DNA of 64,000 nucleotides from positions 62,001 to 126,000 of the forward strand of contig JAPEUI010000036.1 of the NCBI GenBank assembly GCA_026025075.1, given 5' to 3'. The first letter of the stretch is position 1. The number at the start of each line of letters is the position of its first letter. The notes beneath the pieces are model-generated. The model did not search any database. It had not been told where the DNA came from and worked only from the letters and a program-made list of their open reading frames with translations. Below, in pieces: positions 13,103-24,772 of this stretch. A program made the translations under genes and the position numbers. Source of the stretch: Vezdaea acicularis. Taxonomy: Eukaryota.

Positions 13103-13857
13103 ATGAAGGCAATCGCCGTGGTTGGAGGCACAGGCCTCGTGGTAAGTTGCCACGGTTCGTGACTTGGCGGAGTCTTCTAAGCTTAGATTGATAGGGTTCG
13201 CACATCCTCAACGTGCTCACGTCACTTTCTTCTGGCCCGAGTGTTTCCACCATCGTTCGGCGAGCACCCAATATCACTTCGCCAAAGTTGAACGTCATCA
13301 TCGACGAAGACAACAGCACATGGTCATCCAAACTAAAGGAGCTGCGGCCTGTCCCAAGCATCCTCTTCTCGGCTTTGGGCTCGACGAGAGCTCAAGCGGG
13401 CAGCTTCGAGGCACAGCGCAAGATCGATGTGGACCTGAATCTAGCTCTGGCCAGAGCCGCCAAGGAGGCTGGCGTCAAGGTCTACGTTCTCATCTCGTCC
13501 GCTGGCATCTCGAAGACCTCCGTGTTTCCTTACTCGCGGATGAAAGCGGAGCTAGAGGAGGCCGTCGTCGAGATTGGCTTCGATCAGACGGTGATCGTCA
13601 ATCCCGGAATGCTCCTAGGCGACCGAGAACGCAAGGAATTTTTTGAAGTCGTCTTGCGAAACGTGGCCACCGTCATGGGCAAGCTGCACGGTGGATTGAA
13701 GGATTTCTGGGCACAGGATGGCGATGTTATCGCCAGGGCTACCGTCTCTGCTGCACTTGCGGCATCAGAGGGCAAAGCTCCCGACAAGGTCTGGAGGATC
13801 ACACAGAGCGACATTGTCCGGATGGGACGGACTGAATGGAAGGAGGGTGCGCTGTGA
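13103..13857 (+). CDS. FMP52: NAD(P)-binding Rossmann protein, Fmp52/HTATIP2-like
   Basis: Exons 13103-13141 and 13195-13857. Motifs VVGGTGLVGSHIL, SALGSTRAQAGSFEAQRKIDVDLN, YSRMKAELE, PGMLLGDR. Confidence 0.85.
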
Positions 13858-15380
13858 ATGGCTCCAGCTGTTTGTTTAAATATACCTCGCATAATTCTAT
13901 AATCTCAAGAACCAAGCGGCTCAAGTTGGCCCAATTCAGCTTCGTATGACCCATACTCACGAGGCCACCCTCCGCGTCGAGGTTCAAGGCATATGGCGTG
14001 ACTTTGGGGCCTCAGTACGAAGCCCCCCGCCCCTCTGCCCATGCCGTAAGCAGGGTTTGATATGTGCCTTGGCGGTCTTCCACGGCGGGCCCAGTCCGTC
14101 TCAAAGCGGATTAGGCTCGATGAGCTCGGGCAGGCTCCCTTTCCATGATGGTCGGCAGCCTTACGTTGAGCAACATATCGAGATGTCGACTGGGAGAGAA
14201 GACGGCATGGCGACGGTGGAGAGCGCAACTCCACAGATCCGATCGGCGACGCGATAAGCAGCCACTCGGAAGGGGCCAGTGGGGACATTGTCTATCGCGC
14301 CGTGCAACGTCGCAGGCTCGACCAGAGGTCCTGAGCAAGGCAGGCAGATGCGAACGGCCCCCGTTATCCGGCCGACTCGTTATCAGGGTCTTTGGCGGTC
14401 GGGATGCCGTCGCACGGCGGCTGCGCACGTGAAAGCGGATGATGGGCCCGCCGCCCGTTCCACGTCGTTGGACCGGTGTCGTTGGACCTGGTGTCACCGA
14501 GAATCCCCCGTCAGATGCCCCCTTCCGCGCTGCCATTCCTGCACGGCTGCTCAGCCATGGACGGCGGAAAGGCGACGAGGCGTCGAGTCAGGGTTACCGC
14601 TGCTGAAGAGGTGTATGTGGAAGGGCCGGCGATGGCGGGGGCAACGTCTTCCTGTAGGCCACCATCAGTCAAGCTGCGGTCGGATGCGGAGGAGGGCAGC
14701 CCAGCTCCCCCCACCACTCTGGCCCTCGCTCTACTCGCTGGCTCTGCCTGCCGGCCTGGCGTGCCGTTCGCGGCCGTTGCATGTTCTTGCTGCCTATGAG
14801 GATTCGACCGAGGTCTTGTCCGGGTTCATGCAGGTCCGCTGCGCCAGCGCTCGAGAGAGCTCGAAGCATGGCGCCTCTATGGGTCGGCGTGCGGAAGTGT
14901 CAGGCGCGGGGCCAAGCAGACCGCGGCCGCGGAGGGGAAGCGAGGAAGGACAGCGGAGGGTCGATGGCGAAGGCGGTGGGGAGAGGCAGAATCAGGCAGC
15001 GATGGCTCTCCGATCAAATTTCGGCGTCGAACGGGGGGATCGGGGAGCATTCCAGTCGGCCAGTGGTCCTGCAGATCAGGGAGAACCCTCTCCAACCCGT
15101 CTTGGCCGCACGCGCGCTCGGAGGTGATTCGCGGATCGCGATCGCGGAAGTGGCCCTGCGATGCTGGGAGGAATGAAGCGGTGCAGAGCGCAGAGTGCAG
15201 AGCCACGATGGTCGAAGGAGACGTGGACACGCCGCCCGCACTGGTGGCCCTTCTGGCCCGTCTCGCCCTCCACCGCGCGCGCCTGGCTCCAACCGTCGTG
15301 CGGCCAGGGTGCCTGCTCCTCCCGCGGGCTGCATGATGGAGATGATCTGGGGTAGAGGTCGAGGAGAGGGCGTATGAGCG

Positions 15381-15406
15381 GCTGCTGCTGCTGCTGCTGC
15401 TGCTGC
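15381..15406. repeat. (GCT)8 trinucleotide microsatellite
   Basis: gctgctgctgctgctgctgctgctgc read directly. Confidence 0.9.
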
Positions 15407-15424
15407 CTCGAGCGACGCCTCAAA

Positions 15425-15459
15425 CCGCTGTCCGCTGTCCGCTGTCCGCTGTCCACTGT
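15425..15459. repeat. 7-bp tandem repeat (CCGCTGT)x4 plus one variant copy
   Basis: ccgctgt x4 followed by ccactgt, just upstream of the putative ATG13 promoter. Confidence 0.85.
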
Positions 15460-16656
15460 GCAACGCCGTCAATTCTCCCCAAGCAAGCGAGCGCTCGCGA
15501 AGGGTCCTGCTGCTGCCGTACCCTGGAGCACGTATAGTATAGTAGAGAAGCTCTCCCAGCACCAAGACGATATTATTGAACTCATCCCTCGACGTGCTAT
15601 TCCCTAAGCCGCTTTTTTGCTCGTCTTCTGCATCCACTCGTTCTCCCATCCTCCAACCTACACGCCTTGCCGGCCATCCTTATGACTGCGGCGCGACCGT
15701 CCACCGACGCCAGATTTGACATCGCGCTCGGCTCTGTCGCCATCTACGGTTGACGTCTCCCCCGATAACGCCGCTCGCCTGGCTCGATGATTTTCGCTTG
15801 CCCCCCAACTTTATCCCCAAGCTCCGATCTCGAGCTTCTTCAATCATACATCACGACGAGCCAACCGCCCCGATCCATCACCGTCTACCACTCTGCACGC
15901 CGTCTTACCCGTGATAGGGAAGTCATTGCAAGAAGTGGGAAGGCTCAGACCATCCCTATCTCACTCAATCCTGAGACCGCGGCCCCTGTCACCGGCGCTC
16001 TCTCGTCACTGGATCGGGTCACAAGGCGAACTTAGGCGTACATCTCGAGGTCCTGTAGCTTCGACCAGAGCATCGAAACACCAATTCCATCTCTCCCTAG
16101 CCTGTACGGCCATCGCTCCTGGTGCGCGCTCCTCAGCTTCCGTCAAATTGTGATCGTGCCGTCTTCCTGGACCCGTTCGAGATCAGTCCTGTGGCGGCGT
16201 GTACATATCTACCGTCCGCTTTACGGGCACCGCTGCTCCCCTGACGGATGCACAATGGTAGCATAGTGTTCAGAACACTCCCGACCAATTCTGATGCTCG
16301 CAGTAAGCTTTGCGTCTCTTCTTGGATTACATGGAACTCGTACTGACGAGAAACGAAATTAGATATAGGTAGCAGTCACAACATCCCCATCCCACGAAAT
16401 TCGACTTATTGTTCGAACGACCTCATCCTTTATCGCTGTTGTGATGGCTTCGGTCTCAGCAGCAAGTCATCTTACTCTAGCTTCAATTTAGCATTCATTG
16501 GCGTCTTGCCCTGTTCGGACACTGAGTCATCGTTCTGCACTTAATCAAACCGACTTGACACTCGACGCATCCATCAGCACCAGCTCCAAATATTTTCGTT
16601 TGCTCGAACAACTTCTTTAGATCCAGTTGCCGTTGGTAACGTGGAGAAACTCAACA

Positions 16657-19600
16657 ATGCATCAACATCCCAGAACGCCCCCTAGGACAGCATCGCCGGC
16701 GTCGTCGCCCTGGACAAACCCCACAAGAACCAACAATCAGCGGGATCCAGCACAAGACGCTCGCCGTCGATCGCGCTCGGAGGCGGAGAACTATGATGGC
16801 GTGAACGAGTTGGGAGATAGTGGAGAGGTTGGACGAGCCGCCCTTGGAGGACAACGGTCACCGAGGCAAGCGGAAGATTCAGATGCGAAGCTCAACCAAG
16901 TTTTAACGGTGCGTCCGTCCATACTAGAACTTACCCTGAGGGTGAGATTCTATTGTCATATCAGGAAGAGTATGCTAAGATTTATGATGAATCTAGAACT
17001 ACTATACCAAAGCAGCTCTCATCATCATCGATGCGCGAATGGAGACCCCGCCCGTCTATATGCGCGGTACTAATATCCCAAGGATAAACAAATGGGTAAG
17101 AGCGACCTCCAAATTTGTCCCGTGGTTTTGCTAAGTTAGTTTCCCAGTATAACGTTGAGATTCCAGAAACCCCGTTATTCCGGGAAGAGCTCCAACTCTG
17201 GAAAACTTGTAATGTTGTGGAGCGGATTCCACCTCCGCTTGTTATTGAGACATATCTAGATGCGACGGAGTTGACTCAGAGCCAAAGGCTTGTGATACTT
17301 GACGATTATGGGAAAAGGTGGAATGTACTTGACGAATTGAACACGTCTGGTGACTCGGGATCATCTAGTCGAACAGAACGAAAGACGGAGGTGATATTGG
17401 AAAGATGGACGGTCGATATGAGCAAACCAACAAGAGCAAACTTCGCGCTTGCTGATACTCCCCTACCAACAACATATAAGAAGTGTATCGTGGTATTCCG
17501 ATCGCTATGCACATACTCAAAGTTCCTTCCGGCGTGGAAATTCGCAAGAAGGTTAGCCAGGATCACTTCAAAGACGACGAATCCACTGAGGGTGAAGTGT
17601 CGTGTGTTGCCAGGTCGGGATTCTCACGATCCGATGCCTGAAGCGCTCACTATGCCCCTGTACGACAGCCGAAACCCTGTGATCGAGGGCTTCTCGTTTG
17701 GGTCAACCGAGACTCTGGCCGGAACATTCTCCATCAAGGTTTCCTATCGATTGAATTGCGATTTTCGGGTGGATGATTCTGAGGCGCTCCTGAGCTCGCA
17801 TTTCATGGGTATGGACGAGCACTTTTTCCGGCCGTCTCTGGAGACATCGACCGACAATCTACCTGGCTACTTGAAGGGTGCCAAGGAACCAGGTTCGTTG
17901 CCCGCAGAACGAAAAGATTACGTAGAGCCAGCAGATCCTAGCCAAGCGTACGGGAGCATGTCAACCTACCACCAAGTTGGTCCCCTGATCAGCGCAAGTC
18001 CGTTGACCGCCCTTCGAGCAGTTCGAGACCTCGACCCTGAATCTCCTACTTCACCTTCATCTCCCAGGCCATCCTTCACTAACCGCTTTTCAACTGGGTC
18101 AAATCCGACACCACGCTATCCTGAGGGTGCACAGCCCACCGTGAGACGGCCTTCTGTATCGTTCAAACCATTCAAAGCGCCGTCATTGTCCGCTTCACCC
18201 CTCCAAAATGATGGCATGCCACCTCCACAGTCTCCGCGGACAGCAAATAGAGGTACAGGAACAATGCCGCTCACGCACAGAAGTCGAGCGTCGCTAGGTT
18301 CGGTCCCACAATCCGCTCTACGAGGAACAATGCTACCGCCTGATAACGCCATCGCATCTTCCGCCTCAGGATCTCCTCGGCAGGCTCCGATTACCAAGTA
18401 CACAAGTAGCTTCAGCCATCGAAAAGGTCGGCCTTCAACTGGGGGAACAAGTAAGGCGGAAGATGATAACAGCAGTGGCAAAGGCAGCTTAGCATCATCG
18501 ACCGCACAGCCTGGCTCGGGTATGCTGAACGAGGGTGGGACTGGAGCGAGCTCAGGCTCTATGCCAATTGACGGAGATGATATCGGTAATTTCCTCAAGA
18601 TGCTCGATTCGAAAAAGCACCTCAAGTCCTTCGATAACCCTACCGAAGCGAACACGAATGCCTCTACTCAGCGGACGAGTGCTGCACTCTCTAAATTCCA
18701 CAAGATGCGAGATTCCAACGCGGCACTCTCAGACTCGTTGTCTTCATCAATGCTACTTCAGCGCTCCTCATCCTCATCTTCTCGACAACTTTCTAGTGTT
18801 CCACCAATGATAAGCGGTGGTGGGACTTCAATCTCGACTGCGTCCTCCCCCGGAAAGCCACACTCTCCCCATACGCCCCATACGCCCCACACTCCTGCCA
18901 TCCCCTCACGCCTTTCTGCCAACTCTATTGCAGAATACACACAGCCACACCGCAGTCGGACAACGCGCTCTCCACGACGGATGACAACCACATCATCACG
19001 TCCCTCGTCCACAGAGGCAGCAAGTTCGTCTACGGCAAGAGATTCCAATGGCGCAACAGCTATCGATATTCCCACCAGCCCACGTCAATACCAGACACAC
19101 GTGAGGAGAAGCAGCAGCGTGGTTCAAGCGCACAGGCCTCTCCCCGTGGAGGATGAGATTGGAGATCTACTCCCACCCTTCAATGTGAGGAGTGCAAGTA
19201 TGGGCGCCGAGGAGCGGAACAGTCCGCCAAGCCTGAGTGCATTGCTCGGAATGCAGGAGAGTAGCGGAGACGCGCCGGCGCAGCCTAGCACCCGAGAAAG
19301 TTTGGACATTTTCCCCAGTGGTGCCGTCGATATGGCACGTCAGCCAAGCAGTGACGCCGAAGGCGGAGCACCCCGAAGTGCTGCGCTATATCGCGCACGG
19401 CTGGCACGCCAGTCCGCTAGAAGGGGTCTCACCCCACCTGGAAGCTCGCGAGGCGGTGGATCTAGCTACTCAAGCTTGGGACACGAACGAGGTGGGTCCG
19501 CATCTGGGAGTGGAATCGGTGAAAGACCAGGAAGCGGACGAGCGGGAGCATACAGCTTCCGCGGTGCCGTACAGGTGGAAGACGACGAACCACTTCTCTT

Positions 19601-19718
19601 CGCGATGAGCGAATTAAGCTTCAGTAACGAGGGAAGGAGGAGCGCGGATAGCTCTCGGAGGGGTAATAGGGGCGGAAGGGAGGGAGAGCGGGGTCGCGGT
19701 ACGGGAAATGAACGGTAG
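16657..19718 (+). CDS. ATG13: Autophagy-related protein 13
   Basis: Exons 16657-16908, 16997-17095, 17148-19718. HORMA-like N-terminus (KLNQVLTNYYTKAALII...NKWYNVE...PPLVIETYLD...VILERW...YKKCIVVFRSL...FLPAWK...VDDSEALLSS), a long Ser/Pro-rich disordered region and the C-terminal DDEPLLFAMS motif. Confidence 0.92.
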
Positions 19719-20101
19719 CACCATACGACAGAAACATCGGAGAGACCGTTCTGGTTAGAACTTGATAGGAAATTGAACTTTTATTGGCATCTCTTCCTTC
19801 TGGCGCACGAGTTGCTTACCTCTCCTCTTCTCTCTTCTCCTCTTGGCTTCTCGGTATCGACGTTTGGGCGAAGCGAAGGAGCCACGGGCAATTTGGGCAT
19901 GGCGTGGCTCTCTGATTGTTATATCCCATGGCTGCGAATGGCGCGATATGGTAGATACGAGTCGCACGATGTATATTTGGGTACAATGCAGATATGATCG
20001 CATTTCGTTGGGATGCTGATAGTGGCTTATGTACTATTTTACAACGGATCATGCATAGCTGTGAACCCCCTCAGTTCGAGAAGATGCAAGCATATCGCCC
20101 C

Positions 20102-21025
20102 CTATTTCTTTTTCTCCTCTTCCTTCTTCTCCTCCGGTTTCGGTGACGGCAACTTGAATGTGTCTGGCTGGCGATCCTGCCCGACACCGACCTGTTCCCA
20201 CGCAGCAGTTGCGCCCTCGAAGTTCCGGAACGCTTGCGACAGTTCGAGCGGCTCCTGCACGATTCGCTTCTTCTCCTCATCGTACCTGATCTCAGTGTAC
20301 CCCGTCAATGGAAAGTCTTTCCGCAGTGGATGCCCGTCGAAGCCGTAATCGGTCATTATGCGCCTCAGATCTGGATGCCCGGTGAAAAAGACACCGAACA
20401 GATCATACACTTCCCTCTCGTACCAATTCGCCCCGTCGTACAAGCTCGTGATACTCGGGACGGGCGTAGCTTCATCTGCGTATGTCTTGACGCGGATCCT
20501 CGAGTTATGCCGCACGCTGAGTAGGTTATATACAACCTCGAATCGCTGGTCGCGGGTGGGATAGTCCACCGCTGTTATGTCGGATACCTGAGTGAACTCT
20601 GCTGCCGTGTGGTACTTTAGAAAAGAAATCACTGGGATGACGGCAGATGGAGCGATGTAGATTGTAAGCTCGTCCTTCCATACACTGAATTGTTGAATGT
20701 ACTTGGGTAGGCAGGAGAGTAGGTATTGGCCGTAGGCGTGAAGTGGCTCGGATTTGCTGCTGTACTTGTCGGAAGGATTGACGATTGGAGCGTGAAGTTT
20801 ACCCATAGCTGGACAATATTAGTTAATCCAAGTGAAGAATGTATGATAAAACCTACGAGGTCGTTCTGCTCGCCGCATATTTGGCGGAGCTGCCTCTGAG
20901 GCAACCTCTTTGTGACGTCGACTCGACAACGTGAAGGCTCGAGTAGCAGCCATTTGGCCGAGAGGAGGCTTAGCTGACCTTGTGGCGGTCGGCCACGACG
21001 TCCTACTGCTCAATCGAAGAGCCAT
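20102..21025 (-). CDS. NDUFS3: NADH:ubiquinone oxidoreductase 30-kDa subunit (NDUFS3/NuoC family), mitochondrial precursor
   Basis: Exons 21025-20857 and 20808-20102. R/S-rich presequence; motifs [57 protein letters not shown]. Confidence 0.96.
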
Positions 21026-21419
21026 GATCCCTTTGGCTCGCGACACGGGGTCGATTGATGGCAAATATGCTGCGATCCTTGGTCGCCGATTTCGTCAAGG
21101 ATCCAGGGCGCCAAGGTGTGACAGTCTTCATCACGTGAGGAGCTGCTTTCCGCCTACGCTAACCTTAGCGAGAAGGCATGGGCTCAAGCGTGTCAAATCT
21201 TTGACGAGTCGTTCCTGACCGAGCCAGTTCGAGCTCTTTCCTACTCTCATCCCCTCAAACATCCAGACCCTTCACCTCTTCCATCTTCTTCGTTGCAATA
21301 CCGTCCCTAGTCTCCATCTCCTGACGTCCTGTGACGTCCATAATATCTTAACCTCGTTATCTTTCAAGTCGCTTTAACCCTGGCGTCCTCTTCTCGATCA
21401 CATAGTGGCCACTCTCGGG

Positions 21420-24135
21420 ATGGCGTCTCGAACACAACAGGACACATTCATCGACGACGACTCGGACGAGACATGGTACGTCTAGGCGCTCTTCCTACGC
21501 GTCTGTGGTTTTAGTTTTCTCGCTGCTAACATCGCGATGAAGTCCCCTGTGTGTCGAAGAGTTCGACATCTCAGACCGCAACTTCAAACCTTGTCCCTGC
21601 GGCTATCAGGTATGCTCAACATCCACGGCTCTTGTTCCCATACCTTAGTACATGTAATCTGAGTCTCATTTGCTGGAAATATGTAGATATGTCAATTTTG
21701 CTTCAACAACATCCGGACGAACCTCAACGGCCAGTGCCCTGCTTGTCGGCGCCCTTACGACGACAAGACAATCGAATGGAAGATCGTGAGCCCCGAAGAG
21801 TTCAAAGCGGATCTTCAGAAACAAGCACGCAAGAAGGAGGAGCAAAAACGGCGGGAGGCACAGAAGCGGGAATACGAAACACAAAATCGAAAACATCTCT
21901 CGGGCCTTCGAGTTGTTCAGAAAAACCTGGTCTATGTGGTCGGCCTTAATCCGTCGATACCTGAGCAGGAGCTCCTACCTACCCTTCGAGGCGAGCAGTT
22001 CTTTGGACAATATGGTCCAATCGTCAAGATCGTTGCGAGCAAGCCAAAAGAGGGTATCAACGAGGACAAGGCTTCTATGGCCATATATGTGACCTTCGAG
22101 AAGAAGGAAGATGCTCAGAAATGCATTGATGCTGTTAATGGATCTCGAAACGGTGACCGTATATTAAAGTACGTCGAGGTACTTGACGCTCGTGAATGTT
22201 ACTAACAGTTATAACAGAGCTCAATTTGGTACTACGAAATACTGCTCAGCCTATCTTCGAAACGAGCAATGTTTAAACAAGGGCTGCATGTTCTTACATG
22301 AGCCTGGTGAAGACAAGGACAGTTTTACTAGGGAAGGACTGTCATCTAAAAACGTCGAGTCCACGCAAACCCCGGGGACCTCTTCAGCAGCTACTCGACC
22401 CGTACGACAACAACCCCATCCGTTACCGCAGAGACCTCCACAGCCTGTGGCTGCTGCTGCTGCTGCCGCTTCTACACAACCTATGGCGAGAAATGCAAGT
22501 GAACAAGGCTCTGCCAAAGCGCCTGTAGAAGATGACGGTTCAGCGTTACCTTCGTCAGCAAGCTGGGCTAATAAGGGACATCAGGCACCTTTAAGTCGAA
22601 GATCTAGCCAAGTACAAAGCACCTCTACACCAAGCCCGCCGTCACGCCACGCAACGACATCCCGGTCGCGGGAGCCAAGTGCATTGCAGAATTCAAGCGC
22701 GCAATCTTCGCAGGGAAGCATAGAGGATTCTGTCAGCCGCGATTTCCAGGCAGAGTCACAGCAGAGACAAGAGTCAATCACGCCGAAGTCTCGCTTCCTT
22801 CTGGATGACGCTATCAAAGCAGTCACCTCGAAGAACTTCAGGTTTGTCTTCGATAGGACTATGTTCACAGTGGAGGAACTCAAAGAGATTGATGACTATC
22901 CGCCCATGTTTGATATGGATGGAGGCCGCAAACGTCGAGCCATGCGTGATGCTGCAGAAGCGGACCAAAACGCTCGAGAGGAAGAGGCCCGTAGAGCAGC
23001 GGAGGCGCTCCAGTCTCAAGCCGAGGAGCCACCAGAGAGTGGTAGCTTACAGCTTGGAGGTGAGCCAGAGTCAAGTGGCCACGCTTTGAATCGATTTCCT
23101 CAAGGCTTGCGTCTTGGTTCTGATCGGCAACGTCAAGCCACTTCTCAACAGTCCCAGCCCACTAGTGGCAATTCCCTCTTTGGAACTGCCTATGGTCAAC
23201 AGAGTGCAACATTAGGCGGCCTATCAAACCTCAATGTCAATGGGCGTGGTCTGACTGCTCATCAACAGCAGTTATTGAGATCCGGAAGCACTCAACCAGG
23301 AAATTTTCTTGATCAGTTCCCAACAACTATGGGCAGTACTCAGGGTTTCAATCAAACCTCACAAGCTCAGTCAGGTCTCTTTCAAAATCAGAACCATCGA
23401 TTTGGGAGCCAAGGACATGCTCGACAATCCTCTCGTTACAGCTTTGCCAATGATAGCGCCTCATCTGCAGCTACTGTAAAACCGGCAACAAATCCGAAAC
23501 TTATGGCTCAACAATCAGCCATGATGCCGGCAAGTCAGCTCCAAAGTCAACAGCAGCACCAGAGCATGGGTGGTCAAGCATTCGGCAGCGGAATGCAGGG
23601 TCCTCCTCCTGGACTGAAAGCTTCGACTCCACCAGTCAGCGGTGGGGGCATGTTCGGACAAGGGCATGGGTTCGGAAACACGATAAGTGGCGGATCCAGC
23701 TTTACGACCGGTAAAGAGAATAATGCGGAACTACTTCGCGATCTACTCAGAGGTCGCACGGGGGCAAGTGGGGCTGGCAATGGTCAGGCCTCTGATGTCG
23801 GAAAGCGTGAGTTCATGTTCCCCTCCTTTCTCCATCAGTACCCCTCAACTTCTACTCCTGTCCCTGCCCCAGGCCTGAGTTCGATTTACGGATCGACCTC
23901 AGGCCTGTATCCTGAGACTGGTCCGCAGAAGCAGAAGAAGAAGGGGAAGAAGCACAGACATGCTAACACTTCCTCCTCTGGGGGAGGTGGAATAGTTGAT
24001 CTTGCGGACCCGAGTATTTTGCAGGCGAGGATGCAGCAGCAAGGCGGTGGAAACTCTGGGCAGGGGCTCTTTAGTGGACAGGGACAAGGTGGGTACAATA
24101 CTCCTGCCAGCATGATGTACAGTGCGAGGTGGTAG
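21420..24135 (+). CDS. NOT4: CCR4-NOT E3 ubiquitin ligase subunit Not4, short isoform (840 aa)
   Basis: Exons 21420-21475, 21543-21609, 21687-22168, 22218-24135. C4C4 RING (CPLCVEEFDISDRNFKPCPCGYQICQFC...CPACRRPY), RRM (LRVVQKNLVYVVGL) and C3H zinc finger (GTTKYCSAYLRNEQCLNKGCMFLH). Confidence 0.95.
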
Positions 24136-24772
24136 CGTCAGGAAAGCATATAGCAGGCTTTTCTTATCTCTTCTTCATCGATGGTGCTCTACATCTGCAT
24201 TGAAATTCGTTATCCTTCACTCTCTCGGACGATCTTTGCTTCGGCGTTCTTCAGTCACATGGGTTTGAACAACAATGGAGCATTGACGGATGTAAATCAC
24301 AAGCGTCTCTTATTTACGCACGGCGTCATGGATGGGCAACTTATCGCTCCACAATTTCAGGAGCGAGAGAGCATCTTAAGGATTTGCTTTGAATTAGGTT
24401 TCGACATCGCATACTCACTCTGGTGTGGACGACGTAAGGGGCGTCATTTACGTCGTCTACGGGTTTGCTCATGTCGTCCATCTGTATGTTAGTTCCTCTT
24501 CGGGAACCTCCTTCGTAATCGAAGGGTGGGGTATACCAGACGATATTGTCATACATTTATCTCATGCTTGTTCTTATTGCGCAGCGTCATGTCGGGCCTA
24601 GGATTGAAGGCTCACGTTTTCGTGATATGCTAACCGCTTCCTGACTGCTTCCGACCGTCTTGGGAGATTGCAAACCGTTGAACACAAAGATATCGTGATT
24701 GAGGCGGAGATGCATATTTTGGAAGCTTTTAAATGAAAATAGAATCGCTAACTTAAGTACCAAAAGATATAG

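Noticed and set aside
14279..15127. 282-aa ORF between FMP52 and ATG13
   Set aside because: Arg/Gly-rich shadow ORF in GC-rich promoter DNA with no motifs.
15374..15607. Poly-Cys ORF (MSGCCCCCCCC) as a metallothionein, or the poly-Gln/poly-Ala ORFs on the minus strand
   Set aside because: All are translations of the (GCT)8 microsatellite and lack the Cys-x-Cys spacing of metallothioneins.
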